Below are positions 49,673 to 58,104 of a DNA stretch of 64,000 nt, in pieces. Made by a program: the position numbers and the translations under genes. The stretch covers positions 11,407-75,406 of IMG/VR virus record IMGVR_UViG_3300025133_000073; one strand, 5' to 3'. The stretch comes from a virus. The first letter of the stretch is position 1; the number at the start of each line of letters is the position of its first letter. Below the pieces are notes generated by a model. The model was not told the origin of the DNA. It saw only the letters and a list, made by a program, of their open reading frames with translations, and did no database searches.

Positions 49673-52113
49673 CGTGTCTTTCTTTTACTCATGAATCTAT
49701 CTATGGCACTGACATGTTCCTTATCGTGACCACGTGCTACGAACCTCTCTCCCATCTGAGGGCGAGCATTAAGGATGAACCGACTTATAGGCACCTTATC
49801 AGTAGTAGTGTGATCGTCAGAAATGAGATTCCGTTTTTCCAGGTCTGCTCTGAATATCAGTAACATTCCCAACGCTGAGATCCTATCGTAGTTGCCCACT
49901 TCAGGATCATACGCTATCAGTTCCTGCAACAACGCAGGAGAAACTATCGTTTGATAATTCCTTGTTCCGTCCTCTCTCCCGTACGCCTGTTCAAGCAGAT
50001 ATGAACGTATCAGAGAATTTCTCCATCCGTTCACTCCTTTTGTAGTATTGGTACCTTTTGCAGCATTGCCCCTTGCCGCTATCTTTGTCATCTGCATATC
50101 ACGCAATATCTTAGGTGTATCACACAACATATATGTCGAATTGATCCTATCAAAATACTGGAACATACCTTTCTTGTTGTTCTCGTAATTGCAGTACGCA
50201 TTATAATGTTTCATCAGCCTATAGCATATCTCATAGAATTCTTCAGCAGTTGAAGGACGTCCCGTATACTCGGCAACTATCCTCGATGTGAAATAATTCA
50301 TGATAAAGATACTACCTAAAGATGGACCTGACGACACATCATCATCATAAGGGTCACATCCTGCTATATATGTATGCGGAGAAATGTGTCCATTGATAGG
50401 AGGCTCGAATAATTCTACACATCCTTTGATGTTACGTGTCTCAATGATAGGGAATATTCTGATAGGCATCGATTCAGGACTGTTACACACAACCTTCCCA
50501 TCACTCATGGTAAGTCGTGTCTTCCATGATGCATCAGTATACTTCTTAGGATTGGTCTCAACCTCTCCGAGATGTATCTTCATATCCTCCACATTGAAGA
50601 TGTGCCCCTCGCGTCTCATACATGCCTCATTGGGAGTAATACTCCTATCAGCCTTCTCCTGTACGAGCGCATTGGGGTCATCTGTTGAGCGTGCTATCAC
50701 GCGTCTCATTGAGAATATCTCCAAAAGTGCCTGTATCACATTGGAGTTTCCATTCTCATCCATACATCCTTCACGATTGAGATACTCACCGTGATAGAAA
50801 CCACATCTTGCATTGAGAGGAGCATTACGGTCGAACACATTCTGAATACCGTACATGTTCCATGCATCAGGTTTGAAGAACACCTCCTTGATACCCTCGA
50901 AGTCAGCTCCCTCTGTACCACCTGTACCCCATGCTACGATCATTCCGAACACATTCCTTCCCTGCTCTACCGAAGGACGGGCGATCGACAGCGTCTTTTT
51001 GAAATGTGGGAACTTTCCAGACTCCTCGAACAGTACTGTCCTACCTCTCTTACCTCTTGCGCGTTCAGGTTGACCTTTTGTAGATACCCCAATGATCTCG
51101 GTCTTGATACCTTTCTCAGTCTTTGTTCTAACATCCTTATAGGATGCCTTCTTATGCATCTGTCTATCAGCATAATCTCTTGATTTTTTCCATGGCGTGT
51201 GATTATCAATGAAGTTCATCACATCCCATGCCTTGTTAAGTATACCGTCACCTACCAGATAATCTCCTTCAGATGCAATAGCATATGATTTGGAGTTCTT
51301 ATAATGATAATAGTTATTGGTGAGTTCTCCTCCACCCTTGAATGAATACCCTCTACCCCTTGTCTTTATGTTCGATCCATGTTTACCGATACCCCTTGCC
51401 TGTCCGAGATAATGATACCATAGGTAATCACCGTCCCAACATCTTGGAAAATCCTCTACACGTTCAGCAGCTACAGTATCCATACCGAAGGCCTCAACAT
51501 TCAAACCTTCATAGACCATGTTCTCAGGATCATCAGATTCAGCAAAAGCATCTGCTCCCGCATTGAGAGCATCTATTGCTTCATCATCAAGTTCCTCAAT
51601 ATCCTCGGTCAATAGGATGGGACAGTAGTTCATGTACCAATAATGCGTACCTGTTACCCATTCTCCATCCTTCTTTCTAACATACCCTTCTCTACATCGT
51701 CTCTGCTCTTCTTTCCAGAATCGCATGTACCGTGAGTTCTTCTGTCTATTGGGAATGAGATCACAATACCTATCATTCTCCTTAAAGAATATAGCACGTT
51801 CTCTGAAGAAGTCCATATCCTCAAGAATATGAGGATCTACAACATCCACCCATATACGACCGTTGGGATCCTCCTTTCTCTTACGTGGAGAATTAGGTCT
51901 ATCATACCTCTTCAGATCTGATGCCTTCTTCCGTGTCTTCTTAGTAAGATTGTATAGAAAAGGGATCTCCTTTATCGCCAGGACAATATCTGCCCTGATC
52001 TCATCGTCAGTAATACTGTTGATCGCTACACTTGTCTCAAATGTAAGATCATCAAGGAACATGCGCTCCTGCGATATGTCAGTCTGGATTATCACTTGCG
52101 TCTTCAAATTCAC
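49669..52113 (-). CDS. terL: Terminase large subunit (814 aa)
   Basis: Walker A-like KTRGRGYS, Walker B VLFEESG, GTGG coupling motif, nuclease motifs AGCDPYD and NYDRISA. Confidence 0.92.
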   Translation of the reverse strand: MNLKTQVIIQTDISQERMFLDDLTFETSVAINSITDDEIRADIVLAIKEIPFLYNLTKKTRKKASDLKRYDRPNSPRKRKEDPNGRIWVDVVDPHILEDMDFFRERAIFFKENDRYCDLIPNRQKNSRYMRFWKEEQRRCREGYVRKKDGEWVTGTHYWYMNYCPILLTEDIEELDDEAIDALNAGADAFAESDDPENMVYEGLNVEAFGMDTVAAERVEDFPRCWDGDYLWYHYLGQARGIGKHGSNIKTRGRGYSFKGGGELTNNYYHYKNSKSYAIASEGDYLVGDGILNKAWDVMNFIDNHTPWKKSRDYADRQMHKKASYKDVRTKTEKGIKTEIIGVSTKGQPERARGKRGRTVLFEESGKFPHFKKTLSIARPSVEQGRNVFGMIVAWGTGGTEGADFEGIKEVFFKPDAWNMYGIQNVFDRNAPLNARCGFYHGEYLNREGCMDENGNSNVIQALLEIFSMRRVIARSTDDPNALVQEKADRSITPNEACMRREGHIFNVEDMKIHLGEVETNPKKYTDASWKTRLTMSDGKVVCNSPESMPIRIFPIIETRNIKGCVELFEPPINGHISPHTYIAGCDPYDDDVSSGPSLGSIFIMNYFTSRIVAEYTGRPSTAEEFYEICYRLMKHYNAYCNYENNKKGMFQYFDRINSTYMLCDTPKILRDMQMTKIAARGNAAKGTNTTKGVNGWRNSLIRSYLLEQAYGREDGTRNYQTIVSPALLQELIAYDPEVGNYDRISALGMLLIFRADLEKRNLISDDHTTTDKVPISRFILNARPQMGERFVARGHDKEHVSAIDRFMSKRKTR

Positions 52114-52630
52114 CTTTCACCCTACCTCCTCTGAGCATAAGATCATCTGCGATCTCACTCTCAACAAGTCTCTGCATATCAATGAGAGCCTTTATCACCT
52201 GAGGAGTACCCTTCTGTATATCCTGCAATTGTTTAGGACTCCATATCAGTTTACCTGACTTATCACGTTCATCAAAGTCTGCATCTGCAAGCATCTTCTC
52301 CTGCTTACGCTGATTTGCCCACGCTATCTCAAGACTGTCCATTGAACGTGTACGCGAGAGTTCCTTATACTTATCACATGCAGCAAATACTCCTTCATCA
52401 GGTTCCCATCCTTCATAGATATCCTCTGCGATATATTTCCATCGTTCCTCCTTATCTTTGATCATGTAAGGAGATCTCATATCAGCATACAGATAGACCG
52501 CACCAAGCTCGGCAAGAGCAAGGTCACGGTCTTCTGTTCTCTCATATAAATGTTTGAACTCCTTTATCATAAGAGCTACTGGCTCAACGTCCAGTAAGCC
52601 GTCATCATTTATAACGATCAGATGTTTCAT
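52079..52630 (-). CDS. Conserved protein upstream of the terminase (possible small subunit)
   Basis: Y...D.RSPY motif and C-terminal RGG..KG.FED; position fits. Confidence 0.5.
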   Translation of the reverse strand: MKHLIVINDDGLLDVEPVALMIKEFKHLYERTEDRDLALAELGAVYLYADMRSPYMIKDKEERWKYIAEDIYEGWEPDEGVFAACDKYKELSRTRSMDSLEIAWANQRKQEKMLADADFDERDKSGKLIWSPKQLQDIQKGTPQVIKALIDMQRLVESEIADDLMLRGGRVKGEFEDASDNPD

Positions 52631-53139
52631 TTGGCTCCTTCAGGTCCGTCTCCTTCCCATCCTTCAGTATACTTGGCCTTCAATGCTCCCATCTTATCTG
52701 TCTTCACATATTGAGTGAGATCACGTACGATAGAAGCAGAACTTCCCATCACATCCTCATAAGGAGGCTTGCTCCCATACACGAGAACTGCATCCATCTC
52801 CTGAATGATATAGAACACCTCATTCCCATACTTAATGGCAGGAGGCTGAAATCCGTCACGCAACATTACCCAGTTACCTTCCTTTATGTACCCATGCTCC
52901 TGTACTATAGGACCTACCTTGATCACCATTACACAGGGAACGATCTCCTTCTTTGCTGTTGATGATAATATCAGACCTGCCTCAGTAACATCTGACTGAA
53001 GAAATGCTCTTACAAGGATCTTTGTTCCCATAGGGGTCACATCAAGATCTTTCGATGTCATTAACGGGGCACTGTCAATTTCACTCTTTGGTGCTCCTAT
53101 CTTTTTTCCTTTTGGATCTACTATTGCGCTTTTACTCAT
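52627..53139 (-). CDS. GroES/Cpn10-like co-chaperonin (170 aa)
   Basis: PMGTKILV...TEAGLIL....K...VIKVGP...IKEG..V...I.E.D matches the GroES pattern, with terminal extensions. Confidence 0.75.
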   Translation of the reverse strand: MSKSAIVDPKGKKIGAPKSEIDSAPLMTSKDLDVTPMGTKILVRAFLQSDVTEAGLILSSTAKKEIVPCVMVIKVGPIVQEHGYIKEGNWVMLRDGFQPPAIKYGNEVFYIIQEMDAVLVYGSKPPYEDVMGSSASIVRDLTQYVKTDKMGALKAKYTEGWEGDGPEGAK

Positions 53140-53530
53140 TTTCCTGTTGTTTTATCATTGCTTCTACTACAGCCCTATTATTAGGACTGCATGAAAATCC
53201 CTTCTCTCCTTTGAGCATATAGGGATCCCATCTCAACTGACCTCTTTTCTTTCTTTTAATGATGTCAGCATTCACTCTTCTCCTCATTCTATATTCCTCC
53301 CTTGTCTCATCTTCCTCTTTCAATCGAGTAGGTGACATACTGAAGAACATCCTCACTTCCCTCTCTTCCTTGGTCTTACTATTAGCTACCTTATGTACAA
53401 CATAATCAATACCTGATTCTGTCTGAAACACTTCAGGTGCTTTTCTTTGTACTGTAGCACCATTACTCACAGCATCTACAATCTTCTTTGCTCCCTTCTC
53501 TCCCATGCCTAATAACGCTTTATTATCCAT
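53132..53530 (-). CDS. Hypothetical basic protein (132 aa)
   Basis: In-operon ORF. Confidence 0.6.
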   Translation of the reverse strand: MDNKALLGMGEKGAKKIVDAVSNGATVQRKAPEVFQTESGIDYVVHKVANSKTKEEREVRMFFSMSPTRLKEEDETREEYRMRRRVNADIIKRKKRGQLRWDPYMLKGEKGFSCSPNNRAVVEAMIKQQENE

Positions 53531-53669
53531 TCTTCTTCTGTTTAGCTAAGTGCCTCATTATATCATTATAATCCCCCATGATCATTATCGGTATCCCTGT
53601 TCTGGGATCTACTGACATTACCTGTGCAGGAACCTTTGAAAATGTAGGTATCAGACCTACTCTTAACAT
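53523..53669 (-). CDS. Small hypothetical protein (48 aa, MLRVGLIPTF...)
   Basis: Translated by hand; fills the gap and overlaps the next start. Confidence 0.4.
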   Translation of the reverse strand: MLRVGLIPTFSKVPAQVMSVDPRTGIPIMIMGDYNDIMRHLAKQKKNG

Positions 53670-53670
53670 A

Positions 53671-53865
53671 TCACTTCTCTTCTCCATATTCTCCTTGATC
53701 TATCACTATCCATCTACATGATATCTTACTTGGTTTAGCAAGATCATACCTGCTATCATATACATAAGTACCCTTCATCTCTCCGTTCTCTCCAAATGAG
53801 AATTCTACAAGGTCTCCATCTTTAGGCTTTTCTCCCTTCTTCAAAGGTTCTCCATTAACGATCAT
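53671..53865 (-). CDS. Hypothetical protein (64 aa)
   Basis: In-operon ORF. Confidence 0.55.
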   Translation of the reverse strand: MIVNGEPLKKGEKPKDGDLVEFSFGENGEMKGTYVYDSRYDLAKPSKISCRWIVIDQGEYGEEK

Positions 53866-53987
53866 TTCTTTCCTTCATAAATATCATGTTCCTGTACCCG
53901 TCTCATTTCTGCAATTCTCCATTCATAAGCCTGTATCAGTTCCTTCTGCTCCTCTTTTGGCGCTTTGTTCAACCAATATCTGAACAT
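53862..53987 (-). CDS. Small hypothetical protein (41 aa, MFRYWLNKAP...)
   Basis: Translated by hand; ATGA overlap with the next gene. Confidence 0.45.
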   Translation of the reverse strand: MFRYWLNKAPKEEQKELIQAYEWRIAEMRRVQEHDIYEGKK

Positions 53988-53995
53988 TCTATTTC

Positions 53996-54238
53996 CTATT
54001 TTAATCCTCTTCCCCATTTCTCTCCTTTTGGGTGAGTGCATCCTGCATCCTCACTTCTTGTTTTAAATGCCAGTGGACATCCGCATTCGGTACACACTCT
54101 CTTTCCGAGAAGGTTGGTACCTGCGTACTCACATGGAGCACATATTGCTGCTCTCCTCTTAGCTTCCCGTTCAACCACGGGATTCTCAACAACATAGTTT
54201 TTCCATCCATTGATTATATGTCTAAGATTTACTGGCAT
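53996..54238 (-). CDS. Small Cys-rich zinc-finger-like protein (80 aa)
   Basis: R..IC..C...C..CGC....K.R.....C..W pattern. Confidence 0.7.
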   Translation of the reverse strand: MPVNLRHIINGWKNYVVENPVVEREAKRRAAICAPCEYAGTNLLGKRVCTECGCPLAFKTRSEDAGCTHPKGEKWGRGLK

Positions 54239-54455
54239 CTCTCATCTTCTTCAATGCTGCAAGCTTAGGGATGAATTTCCCAAAATACCTCAGATAGACC
54301 ACCTTAAAAGTATCAATATCATTCTTAGTGCTTGAAGAGATCGTCTTCCTCACCTGTTTGAACTGATTCTTCCATGCCGCCTCAAGTACCGTAGGAGATA
54401 TTCCCTCTTGTTCAGCTACCTCTCTTATCATTGCCTTCACCACCTTATCCTGCAT
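54222..54455 (-). CDS. HU/IHF-like small DNA-binding protein (77 aa)
   Basis: I.EVA...GIS...V.L.YFGKF pattern. Confidence 0.65.
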   Translation of the reverse strand: MQDKVVKAMIREVAEQEGISPTVLEAAWKNQFKQVRKTISSSTKNDIDTFKVVYLRYFGKFIPKLAALKKMRDASKS

Positions 54456-54837
54456 CCTTCTTTATCTGAAAATTGAACTGCAAACTGCTCTTCGCATCAG
54501 GATACAATCTCAATTTAGGATGCAGATAATTATCAGTACTCACAAGACCATGCTTACGAAGGGCTGTCAGGCAATTGGCAAAAGATGCCTCTGACATCTT
54601 CCCTACGTGTTTGGACATATCCTGCTTTCTCTCATAAGAGAACAGTTCTCTCCATTTCTTCGGGTCTTCAGGATCACGATAATCCTTTGCCAATATGCTA
54701 TTGTGATACATCACTTCAGCAAGGACCTGACGCTCCTGCTTGCGTAATTTATTGATCGGTCGTGTTACAGACATGATCTCCACATACATATTGAAAAATC
54801 CCCTTTTAGTGCTCTTCAAATTGAACTTCTCCTCCAT
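54445..54837 (-). CDS. Putative winged-HTH DNA-binding protein (130 aa)
   Basis: L...E..VLA...MSEASFANCLTALRKHGLV pattern. Confidence 0.55.
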   Translation of the reverse strand: MEEKFNLKSTKRGFFNMYVEIMSVTRPINKLRKQERQVLAEVMYHNSILAKDYRDPEDPKKWRELFSYERKQDMSKHVGKMSEASFANCLTALRKHGLVSTDNYLHPKLRLYPDAKSSLQFNFQIKKDAG

Positions 54838-54854
54838 TTGCTTCGTTTATGCAA

Positions 54855-54862
54855 CAAAGATA
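54855..54862 (-). promoter_or_regulatory. -7 promoter box TATCTTTG, 17 nt upstream of the packaging operon
   Basis: TAnnTTTG in the intergenic gap. Confidence 0.6.
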
Positions 54863-54869
54863 TAATAAA

Positions 54870-55313
54870 TTACAAGAAGTTATCAAAGGTTCTAATATAA
54901 AATATTAAACATCCATCACCAGTAACGGAAATAACCATTCCAATAACAAAAAGAATGAGGCGTGGAATATAAGGCATGTCGATCCATGCTGTAGAACTTG
55001 TGGTCTGATCCTTCCATCGTAAAGGATAGACACTTGGATCACCATCATTGCGTTTCATATAATATGCTCCATCATGAATATAGATGAATACAAGTGCCAT
55101 AGGAACTCCCGCAAGTAATCCCCACCATGAATACAAAGGAAAAGGAACAAACATCGTAGAAATGAACATGAGAGCCCTTTCTGCTGTGAACATTGAATGA
55201 AGATCCTTAGCGCGGTTAAGGGGACTGAGCCATCTGAAGTGAAAATAATACGCCTCTCTGATACCTTCCAAATAAGCAAAGGCAATGAACAATAATGTAG
55301 CGAGAGTTATCAT
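54870..55313 (-). CDS. Multi-TM membrane protein (147 aa)
   Basis: Several hydrophobic helices; HDGAYY motif. Confidence 0.65.
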   Translation of the reverse strand: MITLATLLFIAFAYLEGIREAYYFHFRWLSPLNRAKDLHSMFTAERALMFISTMFVPFPLYSWWGLLAGVPMALVFIYIHDGAYYMKRNDGDPSVYPLRWKDQTTSSTAWIDMPYIPRLILFVIGMVISVTGDGCLIFYIRTFDNFL

Positions 55314-55615
55314 CTATAAGGAGTCCAAGGGCGATTGAACCACATCTGCACAGCAGTGACCTTATCAATGAACCATCCTGATCTCCCATAGACATCCCTT
55401 GCTATACTGACAGGAATACCTATGAACAACTGAAGCAGAATATACACCGCAACAGGTGAAACAGCAATAAGAGCAAGTATCTGAAATACCAATGCTACTG
55501 GATCATACGTATAATACTGAACTGTCGCAAATATTGCACACAGAATGAACAGATCGACCACTATACCATGCTTGGTAAGGAACCACTTAAGAGCATATAT
55601 GACCCTGTCCTTCAT
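55310..55615 (-). CDS. Membrane protein (101 aa)
   Basis: Two hydrophobic segments; ATGA overlaps. Confidence 0.6.
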   Translation of the reverse strand: MKDRVIYALKWFLTKHGIVVDLFILCAIFATVQYYTYDPVALVFQILALIAVSPVAVYILLQLFIGIPVSIARDVYGRSGWFIDKVTAVQMWFNRPWTPYR

Positions 55616-55935
55616 GTCAATCTCTCATCTTCATCTGTCAACGGAGGCATTTCACCGTCATCATACTCATCATCTTCATCGGTAAGCTCGATCGTCCCAT
55701 TATACACCAATTTACACATGGAATGAAACTTCTCAGCAAAGTCCATCTCTACCTCTACGTCCTTTTTCCCATCAAATATATAACCTCCATGAAGCTTTAC
55801 AGGAATATTCTCATCCTCATCAGTAATAACATTGGAAAACAGTATCATCTCTACATACTTCCCTGGTCCTTCAGGATTCTTCACGAGATTCCTAATGAAC
55901 TGTATATGAGGATATGTATACTCCTTCTCATTCAT
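55612..55935 (-). CDS. Hypothetical acidic protein (107 aa)
   Basis: In-operon ORF. Confidence 0.6.
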   Translation of the reverse strand: MNEKEYTYPHIQFIRNLVKNPEGPGKYVEMILFSNVITDEDENIPVKLHGGYIFDGKKDVEVEMDFAEKFHSMCKLVYNGTIELTDEDDEYDDGEMPPLTDEDERLT

Positions 55936-56086
55936 TCTTCACTCCAATGTTCATGAGCATTACTCTGAACTCCTTCTTTGAAACATCCAAATACAATTCA
56001 AATACGGTCACTTTACCGATGCGTAGCACCATATGGACCTTATCACTCTGCTTATTCGTCGATTTCCAACTATTAACTATTCTCAT
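55928..56086 (-). CDS. Small hypothetical protein (52 aa, MRIVNSWKSTNKQSDK...)
   Basis: Translated by hand; its stop overlaps the next start. Confidence 0.5.
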   Translation of the reverse strand: MRIVNSWKSTNKQSDKVHMVLRIGKVTVFELYLDVSKKEFRVMLMNIGVKNE

Positions 56087-56132
56087 TGCACATTTATTTA
56101 AGATCCGACATTACATAACTCCCAAAGAAGCA

Positions 56133-56216
56133 TTAATAATCATTCATCCATACACGCAACATTGCTATACAGAATCCTATGAACGCTATAAATATGAATG
56201 CCACTATAACTTCCAT
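56133..56216 (-). CDS. 27-aa single-TM microprotein (MEVIVAFIFIAFIGFCIAMLRVWMNDY)
   Basis: Translated by hand; a TAATTTTG box lies 4 nt upstream of the ATG. Confidence 0.4.
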   Translation of the reverse strand: MEVIVAFIFIAFIGFCIAMLRVWMNDY

Positions 56217-56220
56217 CCTA

Positions 56221-56228
56221 CAAAATTA
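56221..56228 (-). promoter_or_regulatory. -7 promoter box TAATTTTG at the head of the minus-strand region (second box TACATTTG at 56467-56474)
   Basis: TAnnTTTG matches near the strand switch. Confidence 0.5.
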
Positions 56229-56596
56229 AACATTATTTTCTTGCCCCTCACCCATGCAAGTTTGAATCACCTCGTAAAAACGCTGCTTGTTTCAGCAGAT
56301 AAAAACTGAGACCTTGACCTCGACATCCAGTTTTTGTGTTGTTCATCAATTATCTGATCCAACAGGGGTTTCACCTGAAGTTACAACTGAAGTGATCTAT
56401 TATGACACTTGGACAAGCCTTACGGGGCTTCGGTAACTCAGAAGTACCTTATTCTTTGTGTCATGTCAAATGTAGGTAATAATCCTGATTTGAAGAGCAA
56501 CTTTGAAAAACTTTTTTTTATAAACAGGCGTTACGACCACCCCAACAAAACTCCCCCTACTGTTTTGTGTTGTAGAACTAATCTTAAATAAATAAA

Positions 56597-56893
56597 ATGG
56601 AAGATTTCAAATTGATCGTAGAAAAGACGTTAACCTTGAAGCAATTCGGCCAGGTCGAAGGCATCTCAAGCATTCACGTGCGTAAGAACCCTCAGAGCGG
56701 CAAGTACTTTGTTGCTGACGGTGCAGGTAATCCTATTGCCAAGATCAGCCACAAGCTCGTGGAGAACAAATCGCTTGACAAAGTGATGCGTTACTGCGAA
56801 GACCCTGAAGAGACTGACCCGAAGAAGAAATTCTTTTGGATGCTCAGTGTCAAGGGGGAGAGCACGCCTGACGTATGGAGTGAGACCCTTTAA
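56597..56893 (+). CDS. Hypothetical protein, first gene of the plus-strand region (98 aa)
   Basis: A-rich Bacteroidota-style leader (TAAATAAATAAA ATG); followed by GC-rich hairpins. Confidence 0.75.
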   Translation: MEDFKLIVEKTLTLKQFGQVEGISSIHVRKNPQSGKYFVADGAGNPIAKISHKLVENKSLDKVMRYCEDPEETDPKKKFFWMLSVKGESTPDVWSETL

Positions 56894-57700
56894 TCGGGGC
56901 TCTCTCGCCCTTCGGGGTTAGTAATGCGTTAATGCATAATGGACATAGTGGGAGTAGTTTACCCACTTTGTTCAGTTTGCCGAGTGATAGGCTGCGCAGT
57001 GCCTTATAACTTCATGTTCGCCAACTATGAAGAGATCATACGTGATACTCAATGGAGTGCTTACATTATTGTCTTGGACGATCAATGTGAACGCATGACC
57101 ATCATTACATCTTAGAGGGATAAACACACTCATTGACTCTGATCAATGAGCAGTGTCTCTCATCCTTGAGGTTGATAAACCTTGACAAGCTTGTGGGGCT
57201 ACTACACGTCTTGCATCTGTTCATCCACGCTCTGTGATAAAGTACCATGGTACAAAGCAGAGCTATCAGTAACAGAAGCAATATCAGACATCGGGAGATG
57301 TTGACGGTTACATTCATAAATGCTATGAGTGTATTCAGAGTTAGTGCAGACATTAAAATCAAGCCGTATTAAGATCAGGTTGACAACTGATCCTACCAAG
57401 AGTTAATGGTATGCTATTATGCATCGTCAATCAATGTGCACTTGTCGGGTGCATCTCACCGTTGATAACCAGTAGTTGTGAGAAGACTACGTAACATACA
57501 TGTTTAACTACATGTACAATGATTGGGACATACAGTGTGGTAACTGTGATGCGAGTGATGATCGTGGAATCCTCTCATGTATTAGTCAGCTGCCTCAACT
57601 GCAGTTAGAGTGCTATCAAGCACTTGATGTCGTCAAGAAAGGACGTAGATACGTCGTATTCCTAAGCAAGAAGACAAACTGCTTATTCATTAGTATTAAC
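56894..57700 (+). ncRNA. Candidate large structured ncRNA A (~800 nt); boundaries and strand approximate
   Basis: No credible ORF; more than 12 consecutive hairpins found by eye (see findings). Confidence 0.55.
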
Positions 57701-57716
57701 CTGATAAGTACATAAG

Positions 57717-57929
57717 ATGGAAGATAGTTTCACAGAAGAGCAGATGATAGAATTTGCTGATTATTGTCGTGATAATGAGTTCATAGGTGTAGTAGGTCTG
57801 TATCATTGGAAGCAGAGTAAGAGACAGGAGATCATTGACAAGGTCATACGTGGTGAGTGTACATTTGAAGATGGTAAAGGTAATAGTGACTTTGATAGTA
57901 GTGATGGACATTTTGAATTGAATCCTTAA
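57717..57929 (+). CDS. Small acidic hypothetical protein (70 aa)
   Basis: Co-oriented ORF between the two structured regions. Confidence 0.6.
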   Translation: MEDSFTEEQMIEFADYCRDNEFIGVVGLYHWKQSKRQEIIDKVIRGECTFEDGKGNSDFDSSDGHFELNP

Positions 57930-57944
57930 TCTAAACTTTATAAT

Positions 57945-58100
57945 ATGGTGACCAACAGCAAACAGAGTACTGTAAACAATAAGATCAAGCGTCTTCAGAA
58001 ACATCTTAAGCGTACTGATCATTTTGATAAGAAAGCTCACAACATTGATCGTAAGATCGATAAGTGTGCGGTCAATGCATTAGCCTTACTTACTAAGTAA
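57945..58100 (+). CDS. Small basic protein (51 aa, MVTNSKQSTVNNKIKRLQKHLKRTDHFDKK...)
   Basis: Translated by hand; AT-rich leader; below the ORF track cutoff. Confidence 0.5.
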   Translation: MVTNSKQSTVNNKIKRLQKHLKRTDHFDKKAHNIDRKIDKCAVNALALLTK

Positions 58101-58104
58101 GATG

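Noticed and set aside
51445-51610. Intein or intron in the terminase (acidic insertion EDIEELDDEAIDALNAG...)
   Set aside because: Only ~50 aa, in frame, and without intein C/S...HN termini or homing-endonuclease motifs; probably a variable loop.
245-56309. Numerous plus-strand ORFs of 60-205 aa in the late region
   Set aside because: They are antisense shadows of long minus-strand genes, with atypical Ser/Leu/Phe-rich composition.
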